Assembly: GCA_028023455.1 (NCBI GenBank)
Contig: JAQFVV010000006.1
Coordinates: 1,984,001 to 2,048,000, forward strand
Length of the DNA: 64,000 bases
Source: Epiperipatus broadwayi
Taxonomy: Eukaryota; Animalia; Onychophora
Direction of reading: 5' to 3'
Shown here: positions 1 through 13,095 of the stretch, piece by piece
How positions within the stretch are numbered: position 1 is the first letter of the stretch
Layout: every line of letters starts with the position of its first letter
The notes under the pieces: model-generated
Told to the model about the DNA's origin: nothing
The model's database searches: none
The model's input: only the letters and a program-made list of their open reading frames with translations
Made by a program: the position numbers and the translations under genes

Positions 1-950
1 TTTTAGAGCCGGGTATCTAAGCATTAGTAATTAATGAACACCAGGTGATACTAGCAGACGCCTGAAATTAATTCTGCTCGATGCATTTAGAAGCACTGGA
101 TTGTACTTATCCAGTCGGCAGCCATATTTAATTCTTTTATGTTATTCAATTTAAGATCTTGAAAGTTGCGAATCGTGAGATTTTAAACTAAAGCCAAAAC
201 TGTTTATCTAATTCTAGTATTTCCATTGCATTTGTGAAATCACCATTCATTATTTCCATATCTTATGGGGTTGAAAACATGTTCAATATAAATAGAAATC
301 TATAAATTTTAATTTATCATTTCATATTTTGGCCCACCGGTATGACCACTATCACCAATTTGTGGTCATTTTGCGCATCACATGATTACATTTCTATCTT
401 TCTACACTTATTACTGTATATTGTTTTTCGTATAGATATTACCTTTTTTTGCTAATTATTCTTTTCGATGTTTTAATGCGTACCATTTTAAAATTAGTTT
501 TATACGTGTGTGTGTGCATGTTGAACGTATATATCGCATAGACTTTCCAATTATCCAATTTCAACTATTTATAGAGATGGTAGAAAAGAAATACAGTGTA
601 CATGGAGACTTTGCTATATACAGAATTGATATCAGGTGTAATATAAGTAATCGTGACTTTAGATGGATATCTGGCGGTCAATCTAGGGATCTGGGTAAAA
701 CTTTTATTTAGTCATCCATTAATTTCTTATGCTTAAATATCTATATTGTAAAATAGAGTGATAAAGAATCAATTGTAGCTCATAATATTAATGTTAGCTA
801 GAAAAATTATGCAATACATTGTTTTGATATATATATATATATTAGAATATTAGTAACTCTTACTCGTATTTGCTGTAAATGTGACGCGAATTTTACTACG
901 CTGTAGTGTAAATTGAGATTAGAACATCATTAATTGTAATGCTAACTGAC

Positions 951-1079
951 CTTTTATACTGTATATTTTGGATACAGCATAATCCCATCAGTTATGCTAG
1001 AGATCTGTCTGCCATGTCAGTGATCAGAGACAAAGGGATCAATAGATTCAGGTGTTTTCATAATTGAAAACGTAATTGC
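951..1079 (-). other. Candidate exon of a minus-strand gene, possibly containing a start codon (MGLCCIQNIQYK...)
   Basis: On the minus strand, acceptor ccagtttaccttccAG precedes 1079 and donor aag|GTcagt follows 951. ATG at 988 gives 12 codons plus 2 nt to the donor. No homology recognised. Confidence 0.25.
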
Positions 1080-1219
1080 CTGGAAGGTAAACTGGATTTT
1101 CAGGGCTGGAAATGATAGTTTCAAATTCAATCCAGAAAGGCTTTGCTTTTGAATCTACATATGACTTGTTTTGATTCGGTAAACAAAAATTTTAAATGTT
1201 ACTTGTGTATAATTCAACC

Positions 1220-1460
1220 GATGACGTTTTTGACTTACCGATTTCCCTTCCGGTAGACATCGACCTTTTTTGCATGACAACGTTGTCATGGTAACCAAGT
1301 GACTGGCGTGATTAATCCATCAGAGAGTCAATTTTTTTTTTTTTTCACCCGCGAGATTTAAAATTCGTAGAGAGGTTTGGGAAATTTTTTGATTTTTCTG
1401 TCTATTGTGATTTTGCTATCCACGGCATCACAGTTACTTTTTTGAGCTGTTAATTCGGGT
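1220..1460. promoter_or_regulatory. Probable bidirectional promoter with divergent first exons
   Basis: Local CpG enrichment in a CpG-poor window; ETS-like CTTCCGG and CRE-like TGACGT; minus-strand donor cg|GTAAGT at 1238 and plus-strand donor cgg|GTAAAG at 1459 point away from each other. Confidence 0.5.
1282..1295. promoter_or_regulatory. RFX X-box
   Basis: GTTGTCATGGTAAC fits the X-box consensus GTNRCC-N0-3-RGYAAC (GTTGCCATGGCAAC type). It overlaps the perfect 18-bp palindrome CATGACAACGTTGTCATG (1273-1290). Confidence 0.6.
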
Positions 1461-2090
1461 AAAGTGTTTTATTTATCTGTTTATTTTGAATTTACAAATA
1501 TTTTTTGTTAATATTTCTACAATTGAATTATGTTTTAATTTCATTTTTAATTTCTGAATTGTATCATACAGAAAATTATTTTTCGTAATTTATTCCGGTA
1601 AACTGTTTTTTATTTATCTGTTAATTAGTTCATCATTTCTAATTTCATTTTATTAAGAAGTGTATTAGTACTATCATCATTTGCGATTCTCGATAGTTAC
1701 AACAGGTTGAAGATATTGCGATAATTTAGCAGAATATATTTATATAATTACGTTTTAATTTCAAATTATTGTGTGCTTTCTAATTTTAATTATAAATGCG
1801 GAAACAAATCCCAGAAGTGTTTATGATTAATTTCTATTATATTTAAATTGAACATCAGTCATTTGTGGGTAGAAATGCATGACATTCATAATGTATGCAT
1901 TGATTACTTTTTGGTAGTGTTATGGTTAAATACAATATCGCTACCCTAACTATGAAATCAAAGGGCTCAAATTTACTTAGCATTGACTTAATGAATAATA
2001 CCTCTATAGTATAATTTTCACTACACCAATCTCACACAAGGTAGGGGCTGGTTTCTATCCAATTTTAACACCTTGTGGAAAGGTGTGATC

Positions 2091-2290
2091 ATAAACATAT
2101 GACCAAAGACATGTGAAAAAGATATACAATTCACAAGGTGCACATTTTATGTTGTACTAGCACTCATCAGTTGGGCCAGATCACAATCTCTTATACATAT
2201 CTTTATCATTATTCAGTATATATAGATAGGCAATTACTATAATTTAATTGGTGTCATATTTACTCCCCTCACAACTTTGATACAAATCAC
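2091..2290 (-). mobile_element. Short hammerhead-ribozyme-bearing dispersed repeat (family A), decayed
   Basis: Minus strand reads gatctggCCCAA-CTGATGA-gtgctagtacaacat-AAAA-tgtgcacc-ttgtg; homologous to copies at 27.4, 27.9, 62.9, 63.4 and 63.9 kb. Confidence 0.7.
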
Positions 2291-2574
2291 TTGATTGACA
2301 TATATTAATAATTTTTATTAGTCGTTCATAGACTAGAGATCATCCATGTAATGAATAATATTTCTGTAATGTAATTTTCACTACTCCACTCTCATGCAAG
2401 ATGGGGACTGGTTTCTATCTGCTTTTAACAGTAGTTCCTACTTTGCATAAGAGTGGTGAAGTGAAAATTATTCTACAGAAATATTATTCATTAAGGAAAT
2501 AATCTTGTCTAATGAAATGACTAATAAAATAAATTAGAAATTTATGAACATCATGCATGTATATTACCTATCAA

Positions 2575-3300
2575 TAGCAGCGACCATTTGTGTCTCTCCA
2601 TATCCTGCCTCTTTATGTCTTGATCACTTATTTAATCTTGATTGTTTATTCAGTCTTATTCTTGCTGTCTCTATTAAATGTTGCACACTTTTTTCATTAC
2701 TTGGATTAAACCGTTAACCCTTTGTTTAACATAGTTTTAAAGCATAAAGTTTGTAGTAGTAGCAATTTTTTTCAAATAAAAGAAAGCCATGAACCTCAAG
2801 TAATCCATTTATAATATTTATATTTTAATATAACATGAAATACATATACATTTGCATATTGGAACTATATACAGCCATTATAACACTGCCTGCTACTGTT
2901 GGCAAGGTATACTTTCTAATTGCTGTGTAAATATAGAAAGAAGGGACTTCCAAGTGCCCTTATAATTTTACTTGCCACTTCTAGCTGTACCATGACAACC
3001 TGTCCTTGTGAGTAGGTACATTGACATTTTTGGTTGTACTATGACAGTTTGTCTCATGTCTGCATTAGGTTGTAGCAACTTACAGTGCTGAACATGGACT
3101 TGGCCTTTATGTTAACCATTAGCTTTGATGTTGATATCTCTGTGAGAACATGTATTCTGTCTTTCAACTCTGTGACAGAAATTTTTATTCTTACCTCCAA
3201 ATGGATTGACTATTTATTGGCAGATCACCATCCATAATGGAAACATTCAGATTTAATGAGCAGCATTGCCTATTGCTCTGCTCTTGCCATTGAATATATA
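2575..3300 (-). mobile_element. Degraded RTE-like LINE 3' region
   Basis: Minus-strand fragments EVRIKISVTELKDRIHVLTEISTSKL and SDQDIKRQDMERHKWSLL resemble the RTE ORF C-terminus; many stops. Confidence 0.4.
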
Positions 3301-4409
3301 TTATCTAACTGTATACACTTTGGTCTGGGATGATGAATACTCAGTCTGAGCTAGATAAGATGGGATCTGGACTAGTCCAGTATTTGAAGGCATGGTCTGA
3401 TATGACACTTTCTTTATATGATCAAAAATTTAATAATATGATAAAGAGATAATTATCAATTTAGTTGGGAATGAAAAACAAAGGGGTGTAGAAGCATACT
3501 ATGTTTTTAATAAAAATGTAACATCTATTTGTGAAAATATTTGTGTGTGGGGGCGTTGTTATTGGTTGTTCTAATTTTCGTTGACATTGTGTTTTAAGTT
3601 TTTCTTGATGTCTGAGTGTAATGTCAGTTAGCTCAGTTTATTAGAGCATAAAGCTAATTAAATCAATGTCACAAGTTTGAATCACATATTTTCCATGTTG
3701 CTCTTTCTTTTTGCTTGATAGATCATTTTTGCTTGGAGTAGTTTACTATAGGTGTAGAATGTTAGACTCTAGAGTATAAGGCAATTGAATTGAACCCAAT
3801 AGCATTTTCATCATTCAAACTTTTGTTGAGGTTCTGAGCAATAAAGACAGTCATTCTATAATTTAAATGAAATGAAGATTGAAAAAAAAAGCATTAATTT
3901 TATGCATAGAAAATATGAACAGAATGTATATTTAGATAAATGTTTACTTTTAGCATTGGAACAAATGATTAAATCTACAATAAAGAGTGATGTCAAGTTA
4001 TTTACTGCACATAGTAGATGTTTGAGTAGATTTAAAATTGTAGGAGAAAATGCATTCTTTGATCATGGAAGATTTCTAGGAGAACACAATTGTAATTAAA
4101 GTATATTGTCCTGGAAGTGGATACTAAATTGAACATTTATAAAGCAGAAAAATACATTAAATCATGGGAAGACAAATTAATGGTTGCATCATATAGCAAT
4201 GTTCCAGATCAGAGGATCAAGCCTTGGAATTGCATCTATTGATCTAAGAATCTTTATTTTCTCAAAAATAAGAATAAAAATAATCTGTCTTTGTTGTATT
4301 TACATGTTGGACTATTTCCATCATGTAATATGAGTCTTTAGAAAAAAATAACTATTTAAATATTTCAAATACATTGAACTGTTAGTAATAGCACACGGAT
4401 TAGTATATG

Positions 4410-4452
4410 CACAATGTTTCGAGAAGTATTATTCTCCTCTCTTTTTCAGGTG
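4410..4452 (-). ncRNA. Minimal type I hammerhead ribozyme motif (decayed)
   Basis: Minus strand: CAC-CTGAAAA-A-GAGAGG(agaataata)CTTCTC-GAAA-CAT-T-GTG. Stem I is CAC/GTG, stem II is 6 bp, and ACAT is a plausible CpG-decayed ACGT stem III palindrome. Confidence 0.6.
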
Positions 4453-4630
4453 TTGCTGGCCTGACCAGTGACAGTACTAACATGGAAATCGAACTTGTAC
4501 CCTTAGATTCTTGAAATTTTAAGGTAATGCTCTAACCAATTGAGCCTTATCTTAAAATTAAATACTCACAGAATCTAAGGGTCCAGGTTCGATTTGCATA
4601 CTAGTATTGTCATAGGTTAGGCCAGCAATA
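4452..4630. repeat. Inverted pair of tRNA-like SINE fragments
   Basis: 4452-4512 and 4570-4630 are reverse complements; B-box-like GTTCGATTT in both and A-box-like ggctcaattggttagagca on the minus strand near 4525-4545. Confidence 0.55.
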
Positions 4631-5408
4631 TGTAAAGAGGAGGGGAGAGTAATACCTCTCAAAACTTGTGCATATACTAGCCTGTGTGCTATTACTAACT
4701 GTTGAATGTATTTGGAATATTTAAATAAAGTTAAATTTTTCTATCCAATACTCATATTAGATAATGAAAATAGTCCAACATATAAATACAACTAAAACAC
4801 CATCATCTGTTTTTGTATTCAAAATACAATAGTTTAGATTACAGCCATTCTATTTATGATTCTATAATTTTTCTGAAATTTCAAATACTTGAAGTAGATC
4901 GATTTTGAATGATCCTATAATGAACCTGGTCAGTTTGAAATTATCTGCTAGAAAGTGAGATTATTTGGTTGTATTTTTTTTTACATTCAGACATCTGATG
5001 AGTTTTTAATCAAGCTATCATTTGGTGTGTCAAGACCATGTGTGGCTCTTATTTGGACAGTTTTTAGTGACCAATAATATTCAAAATCATTCACCATTAT
5101 GAATACAATAACATTTATAACAACATTACTTGATAAAAACTAGATATTGGGAAGTTGTTTCATCGATTTTACCATGAATAATAAAGATATTGTAAAATAT
5201 ATTAAAGTCATCTAGAAATTTTAGAAAAATCATGACAATGAAAAGAAAGTAAAAGAAAAAGGAAGAGCTAGTGATGTAGATATTAGAATAATTTTATATT
5301 TCAAAATTTAATTTCTATAATTATAAAATAGAATGGTTGAATGGAATATAACATTAAAATCATACATATGCCTCATTAAAGTATTGGAATTTTTACAATA
5401 ATATTTTT

Positions 5409-5568
5409 CTAAGGCAATAAACCTCAAGAGTGTGTGATTGAAAATGCGAAGGTAGGGACCTCTGCAGGTCTTAACCACAAGCTTACGCTTTGGAAGAAAA
5501 GAGGGGAACCCTTCTTTACTTCAACCTTCGCATTTTCAAGTGCACACTCTTGAGGTTTATTGCCTTAG
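5409..5568. mobile_element. MITE with about 45-bp terminal inverted repeats
   Basis: ctaaggcaataaacctcaagagtgtg...ttgaaaatgcgaaggt mirrored by accttcgcattttcaa...cacactcttgaggtttattgccttag; same family as 6542-6765. Confidence 0.8.
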
Positions 5569-5868
5569 TAAATATTACTTATGTAATCAATGTGCGTTAA
5601 ATAAATTTATAATAATATTTTTCATAAATTAAAAAGAAAATAGAAACAATTTCCTATCACAATGGTTTTTAGAAAGTGCATGTACAAAAAAAAAAAAAAA
5701 GATTGAGATGAAATATCCATTTTGTCTGATTAAATTATCACATTATTCAAAGAGTTACCTCATTTAGAACATTCTCCTATATAATTTATATATATATCAT
5801 TTAGTTTTATTTGATTCCTTGAACTAGTTAATCTAATAAATTAAATGTTGAATAGCTTAACATTATGT

Positions 5869-6050
5869 CAGGAGTGGGCAACCTTTTTTCTGACAAGGGT
5901 CATTTGAATATGTATAATCTCATTCATGGACCACACACAATTGTAAACTTAAAAATTAGCCTCAATATTTGATCAAAAATTTAATTAATTTACCTCTAAT
6001 CATTAGAGTTGGGCAATCTTTTCAACTGGATGGCCAATTTCAACTTTCCC
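5869..6050 (+). mobile_element. hAT (Charlie/Buster-type) MITE left ends, truncated
   Basis: CAGGAGTGGGCAACCTTTT at 5869 preceded by cattatgt (nnnTAnnn); a second similar start, tagagttgggcaatcttt, at about 6004. Right end not found. Confidence 0.4.
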
Positions 6051-6541
6051 TTTTTAAATGAGGACTATTTTTTTTTTTGTGAATTAAAAATAAAAGTAAC
6101 ATCATTGTTATTAATGACTGCTCTATATTTAATTACAATTTTTCCGACTCACTTTGAACCTATCTTCATGATTTATATTTTGAATTTCTATTTATGTTCT
6201 GGACAAATTAATTCTACAGCAGTTAAGATGTCATCTTGTATAAATTTTCCTTTAGAAAGTGGTTTTGACCGAATTTTCTGCCCTTTTTTGTACAAAAAAT
6301 AACTTGCTTTCATAGAATTTTCTGACTTGTTTGTACTTTTTGTAAAACATGGCAGCTCCTCAAGTTTTCTATTTTAATACCCCCCGCCCCCCAATATTTT
6401 GTTGTAGTCAGAATGTTTGATAAATTTTGTCTCTCTAAAAATGTGTTCTTTATTAATTGAAATACATTCCAGACATATTCACATTGATTTATTATTTCTA
6501 TTATAATTATAAATTTATTTAAACACACATTGATACATAAG

Positions 6542-6765
6542 TAATATTTACTAAGGCTGTAACCTCAAGAATATGTGTGTAAAAATGCGATAATAGGGAC
6601 CTCTACAGGTCTTAACCACAAGCTTATGTTTTGGAAGAAAAAAGGGGAACCTTCTTTACTTCAACCTACTTTATATATAAATAGGTGAAGCTTAAGACCT
6701 GTAGAGGTCCCTACTATCGCATTTTTACGTGCATATTCTTGAGGTTACAGCCTTAGTAAATATTA
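6542..6765. mobile_element. MITE with about 75-bp terminal inverted repeats
   Basis: taatatttactaaggctgtaacctcaagaatatg...gggacctctacaggtcttaa mirrored at 6693-6765; internal core shared with 5409-5568. Confidence 0.85.
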
Positions 6766-9700
6766 TTTCTATTATAAAAAAAATGCATTGGTCTCTTTCT
6801 TTTCAGACGCATGATTTTGTGCAGAAGTGTTTCTTATCTTAATCCAATAGCCATCTTAATAAAAAAAACATTAAATACAAAATAATAATAATACAATGAA
6901 GTAAAATTTGACTTTTATTTTTGCTAGTTATACAATCACTTGCACATAAAATACTTTCAAGTGCCACAGTAGATTAAATCCATAGTGAGATAGACCACAC
7001 AGTATAGATAAGTTGTTAAAATATTATGCCTCTGATAGAATGAAATAAAATTATTATAAATGTTGGAGAGAGAAAAAGATGTAGTTGAGAAAATATATAT
7101 TTTATTTTAATTAACACAATTCAATATTTGCACTGTACTAAGGGTGTGTTAAATAAAAAAATTATATAAGTTCATTTAGTTTGCATTTGTGGAGGCTAAA
7201 TTGAGATTTTTCGATGCCCCACCCCCTCTTGCATTGTGTCATCATGTTCTCCATTTTCATTTTAAGAAAGGGAGGATATCTAGTCAACATGTACTAATAT
7301 GTCTAGATTTGAGAACTATATTCACATATGTTAGTATATGTTCTCTTTCCCAGTTTATTACTTTACTATCCTTTTCAATTGTTCATTTATTTTTGTTATA
7401 GTATTTAATAAAAATTTATTAATCATATCTGTATGTTTTGATAATTTTTGCTAAAAACATAAGCCAAAAAACTCATAGTAAGTTCGAAAATAAAATATGA
7501 ATTATGTAAGTAAATAATTAAAACAAACAAAAAACTATTTTAGCCTTTTGCATAAACAAATATTTTGTTTCCAATAAATTAAATTTTTAAGACAATGTTT
7601 GTATTATTAAAAATAAGGAACAAATCTCTGGTCATGTGCTTTACTAATTTATATGCATTAACTCATGAACATCTGCTTGAAAAGCATAAGTGTGTACATA
7701 TGCTTATGGCTTATTTATATATAAGTCAATCTTTATTCACTGTCCTGAATTTAGGGTTCAATCTATTGTGTGTGATTGTGTTATAAAGTGATTGTGTTAT
7801 AAATTATTAATTGAATTGTACAAACATAGTAAATTTTTAATTTATTGTAATAAATAAACTGTTATTTATATAGCTTAAACTACATATGTAGTATTTGTTT
7901 AATGCATTTTTTTTTCCAATATATTAAAAATCAACTTTCAATTACTAAAATCTAACAAAATTAGTAAAGTTTTGGGCAGTAGTTAATTTGTTTTAAACAT
8001 TAGTAAATTTTCATTTATGAATGTTCTTCTAAAAGCTACCGAATTCAAAATGAATGGATCAAATACTTATCAGAAACATCCGGCAAGGTTATCCTATTTG
8101 TAATTAGTTTGCTTAAACGTCTTGAACCTTAGCTAAGTAAAGATTTATTTTGTATGTTAATTTTGTTAACTATAGATGAGTGCACTTTCAACTGGTGAAG
8201 CCATAGAGTGCTATGAATTTAGCCTCAGCTGAATGGTCTCAGTTACAGTTAACAAAACTATCATATGGAATAAATCTTTACATAGCTAATATTCAAAACA
8301 TTTAAACAAACCAATTGAAATAGGGTTAACAATGTAATCTAACTACTAGTATATCTAAAATTCAACTTAAGTCAGCTTGTGGTCACAGTGCAGGTCTTTT
8401 CATCACATAGTAATTATTTATTCTGTATTGTTGCTCTTTAGCTCAAATATCTGTAAATTGGTAGAAATCCACTTAAGCATAGTGCATTGGCCAGTGCAGT
8501 TTGAACTATGATTTCTTAAGTTTGAATGCCTTATAATTACTTTAGACTCGCAGTAACAGTAATGCTTTCACTATGCATATCCCCAGACTAAATTTTGGCT
8601 CGTGTTTTTGTCAATGAAGGCTCAGGGTTTAAAGCTGGGACAAATGCACTTATATTTCTAGCCACCATGATTTAACTTTTCATACTTTTTAAAATCTAGA
8701 AACAGATTGGGGCAGAGGGGGTGGATATAATTGTTCCGTCATCTAGTCCCCATTGATTATTTAAGCCTTCGGTAGATGGCTTTGGAGTAGAGTAAAGATG
8801 CTCTGTTTATATCTCTTAAATGTTTCCAAAAGATTATTTATAATGTATTTGTTTGCTACCGCAGATATTTAAATTAAAAATACAAAATTCTTTCAGCTAA
8901 GGTAATCGTAATTGCTTGTATTAATCAAACAAGGAAGAGTGTATAATGTTATCAATTAATTAAATATATATATATTTAATTAATTGATGTTAGATTTTTT
9001 TTAAAGGAATCTGCTAATTAATTTGTGTAATTAATGCAAAAACGAAACATATTCAAATGCAAATTTAAATATGTGCAAAATTATTTTGTTTACAACCAGA
9101 TCATTCAAGTGAATTTGAAATAGCTTTAAATTTAAATATTTAAATTTGTCGAATTTTTGCAATTTTAATTAATTAGAGTGAACTTAATTACATGCCAGAT
9201 TTGCCTATTTATAAAAAGCGATGTGAAAATAATTATTATCTCTTAATCAGGTGACTCGAAATATGCAAATGATTCTCATTTAGTTTTTAATGTAATTTTG
9301 TAAGATTGGAATATTTCAGATATTTTTCAGTAGGTTCAGTGCGAAATATAAATATGTACCTATAATTTAGCTAAGACATGAATTGTAATAAAAAAGTTTA
9401 TTTTTTTTATTTATAGTATATTTATAAAAACTGATCCATTCAAATAAGTTAAATCAATTTTACACGTGCTTATTCTTTCGATACTTTGCGTTGTAAATTT
9501 GTCTTGGGTTTTATATTTTTTAAAACTTCCAAACCCATTAGAGTAATGCAGCTTAAAAAATAAATCTGTGTTGCTGTAATAATTTGTTTATCATTAGTTG
9601 AAGAAGAATATTATCTAGATTTACATTTATCATGTTATGAAAACTGTTATCCATATAAACTTTCTTTTATAACAATATTGCCCCGACGCTCCAGTGTTTC

Positions 9701-9944
9701 TCTATCCACCATTTTAATTTTTCACAATTCAAAAAAAATGTTCCATGAGGAGAATTTATTTAATTAATTATATTTTAATCATTTTAGCTCACTGTGAATA
9801 ACCTATATATATATACCTTTGTATATATTATAAAAAGTAAGCTGTGATAGCGTTATCATATTTAAGACTAAGCTGCACGATGGCGCTGCGATTGCTACTT
9901 TTCTAGTTGTGGAAGAATAAATATGAATAATGTGATTATACAGA

Positions 9945-10195
9945 AAGTGGCTTATTTGTTTTTATGCTGAGTTTGGGAAAAGATAAGGGGTTTTTAGATC
10001 TAAAGGCCATGGAGTTGACAAAGATTATGGTGTGGAAATGGGATGGAGCACAGAAAATAATATGGGAAAACATGGGGTGGGGAATGAAAAGAGGTTCAAA
10101 GTGGCTATCAGCTTTCTCTGGGCATAGTTGCTGAGAAATTCCTGACTCTGTATAACGAGATGTCACAGTGTATCACACCACATCAGTTGTTTTAA
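9945..10195 (+). mobile_element. 3' end fragment of a LINE (same family as 25500-26010)
   Basis: Collinear similarity to 25765-26010 over about 240 bp. Confidence 0.7.
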
Positions 10196-12259
10196 AGCAT
10201 TGTATATGTTAAATTACAGTGTGTGTGTCCAGCTGCAGTGATTATTTCTATGAAACTTCCATCTTTAAGGTATTAATTTAAAAAAAATTTCAAGAGATGT
10301 CTGCTATGGACCTTTGTCTGTGATTGACAACACACTATTATTCTGACAAAACTATGAAGGAGGTGGTGATTTGTGATTGGCTGATGCTTTAGATTCTTTT
10401 CCCCTATGGCTAAATGACACAAAAACGTGATTTTCAGTAACTGCTAATGATTATGATGCAATATTTTTGCAAAAGACATTATTAAACAAAAAACTGTCAC
10501 TAGAGGGAGTTTATCTTTGAAAGCATTTTAATTTTAAAAAGATTACTCTTAGAAAATATAAAAAGTATGTTACAAGATGGAAATTGGTGCAGAAGCCGTT
10601 ATTACAGGCTAAAAAGGAAATTGTTTTTGTAATAACTGTAAGTGAAATATTTTAATAACAATTAATAATTTAAATTTTAGAATATTTTTTGTTTTTATGA
10701 TGATAACTAATTCTAAATATATCATTTTTAATAACATAAAATTCGAATATCTACTATTTTGTTCTTCTAATTTCTTGAATAGGTATCATGAAGTCAATAA
10801 CAATGTGTTTCTTTGTTATCGATAGGATTTTCAGTTAGATACTTAATTTTCCAATTTTAAAATATTAGTTTGAAATATATTTTTATTTTAATTATTAGAA
10901 GTCTTAAATATTTATAATGTAATACATAAATTAAGTCTTTAATATGTAAAAAAGATTTAATTGTACAAAAAAAATCAAACATGGCTTTATAGTAAAAATA
11001 TTAGTTACTAGAGTCTTCCACAAATTGCCAGGTTGAGTTGACACTGATCTAGTTATACAGGTTTTCAACACATATATAAAGTATGTCACCAGTGGCCATC
11101 ACAATTTATAAAAGGAATATTAAGTAATAAATCATAGATTTCTAATTTACACTTATCAAATTGTAATAGTAAAATTGTGCCAACACACATAACGTAAAGC
11201 TATATAAATGATAATTAATAAATTAAAAGGCTTAGTGCTTTTGAGAAAGTATATTTCTCATAATCATAGTCTGTTATGACTCACTCATAGGAATTATTAT
11301 GTATGTAAAATATGCAAACTTTATGCAAATGAGTCAATTAGTCCATCTTTTGGATATAGGAAAGCATGATTGTTTGCGATTAATGACGGAGTCTTCCACT
11401 ATATTCCAAGTCCAAGAAAGGAAAAATTAAAAAAGAAACAAAAAGTATACTAGAGATGAGTTTTGTAATGGCTATGCATACCAATTCAGGAATCACACAT
11501 GCGCCTGCATATAAAACTTATTAATCTATTATTTAATTATGTTGTGATTACTCTACCATTCTAACTGTTAATGTAGAGTAGATATGCTGTCTCTTCAATT
11601 GATTTATATACATTTTGTAATCTATCTTTCCAGAAATAAACTAATAATTATGATGATGATGATTAGATGTAGTAATCATCTCAAATGGGCTCTCAAGAAA
11701 CTTATATGATGTATTCTGATTATAGATGAAAGTATTAGATGATGTGATTTTTATCCAACTGTCACATAGATGGTCATAATTTGATGGTAGTTAGGAAATA
11801 TAGTCTGTGTTTCTTTTAAAGTTTTTACAAAGTGGGGTTACACAGTCTAATCATCATGACCCTAATTATTAGTTGAGAATAATTAATATGTAAATAGGGA
11901 ACCATTCTATGAATTAATTAATATCAAAGGAATGGATATTTACAAACTATCCCAAAATATGATTTTAACATGAGTGGAAATTTGGTGAACATGGTTAAAG
12001 TTATATATTTATAGTACTTCTTCCTCCAAATCTTCTATTTTTTTAAACTTTTGTCTCCACTATATAAATGTATAATTTATTAGCTATATGGAAATGCATT
12101 ATCGTTGTGTGTCAGCTTTAAATAAGATTTATTTTTCTTTTCTTTCCTCCTACCATTACAATATATATATAATATCAAATAATATAAGTATAATAAAAAT
12201 ATTCACTAGAATAAAAACTACAAAATGTTTAAAAAAATGCCTATATAAAATTAAAGATT

Positions 12260-12530
12260 AAAATTCTTTGCTATAGCCATCTTCGGCGTATTCCGCCATC
12301 TTAAATAGCAATACGTTAATATTTAAATATTATCAAACTCTCACACCAATAACGTTCCCACGTGAATTACCTACTTTCCATAAATTGTAAATATTAACAC
12401 AATGACACTGTTTATTCAATACATTAACCGTACTATTTATAAAATAGGACTCCTTAATTCTTCTTTTTCTCAAATCATTTTCCATATGCAAAATAAAAAC
12501 AATCAAAGCAGAATTCTCCATTACAAATCA
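12260..12530 (-). mobile_element. Penelope-like element 3' fragment (GIY-YIG C-terminus and hammerhead remnant)
   Basis: Minus ORF contains ENDLRKRRIKESYFIN..VLN, a typical PLE GIY-YIG tail. Downstream CCGAAGA-T-GGCTA-TAGC-AAAG is a broken hammerhead core. Confidence 0.6.
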
Positions 12531-12759
12531 CAGCATGTTCTGCAAAAACAGAATTTTGTAGTTTTTATTCTAGTGAATATATATATACATACATACACAT
12601 CATGCACAATTATGCATAATAAATGTTGTAATTAAAGAAAAGGGAACTACTTTAAAAAATTATTTGGAATTATTTTATTGATGATAGAAAAATATTAAAA
12701 GAAACTAGACTGATAATGGCAAACTAAACTAGGTTTTGAAAACGTATCAGATTATAGTG

Positions 12760-13095
12760 TGAGTTATTAAGACTGACGTAGAATGAGACTGTTGAAATTG
12801 CTTGTTACGAAGGTGTCTTGGACGATTAAGAAACAGTAAGAGAAAAACTTCAATTGAGACATGTGTCAACTATGTTGAGATGTCAAAAAGCTGAAGGAAG
12901 ATTATTTAATAAGAATATTATGTAGTAGAAGGGAATTGGATGTGGAAAAATACTGAGCAGTAAAAAAATTAAGAAGAATATGTTAAAAGATGTTGTGGAT
13001 GGAAAGAGTAACATTGTTCGAAGAAGAAGGAAATAAAATAGTCACTTTAAAGATGAAAATGTAGAAAGTTTTAAAGAAGCTTTGATGAATTGGTG
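12760..13095 (+). mobile_element. RTE-clade LINE 3' remnant
   Basis: Translation LLKDVVDGKSNIVRRRRK...VESFKEALMNW resembles the RTE IEG..GKR..GRRR....LK..A.DR..W tail. Confidence 0.55.

Noticed and set aside
3625-3695. tRNA-Ile-like sequence
   Set aside because: A and B boxes and stems are degenerate; at best a pseudogene or SINE relic, not a functional tRNA.
4430-4525. Apparent exon (ctctctttttcAG ... aag|GTaatg)
   Set aside because: Fully explained as the antisense of a hammerhead stem II/core plus a tRNA-like SINE.
10585-10615. GAEAVITG resembling the DDX55 AEAVTGSGKT motif
   Set aside because: Extra residue, immediate stop codon and no splice context.
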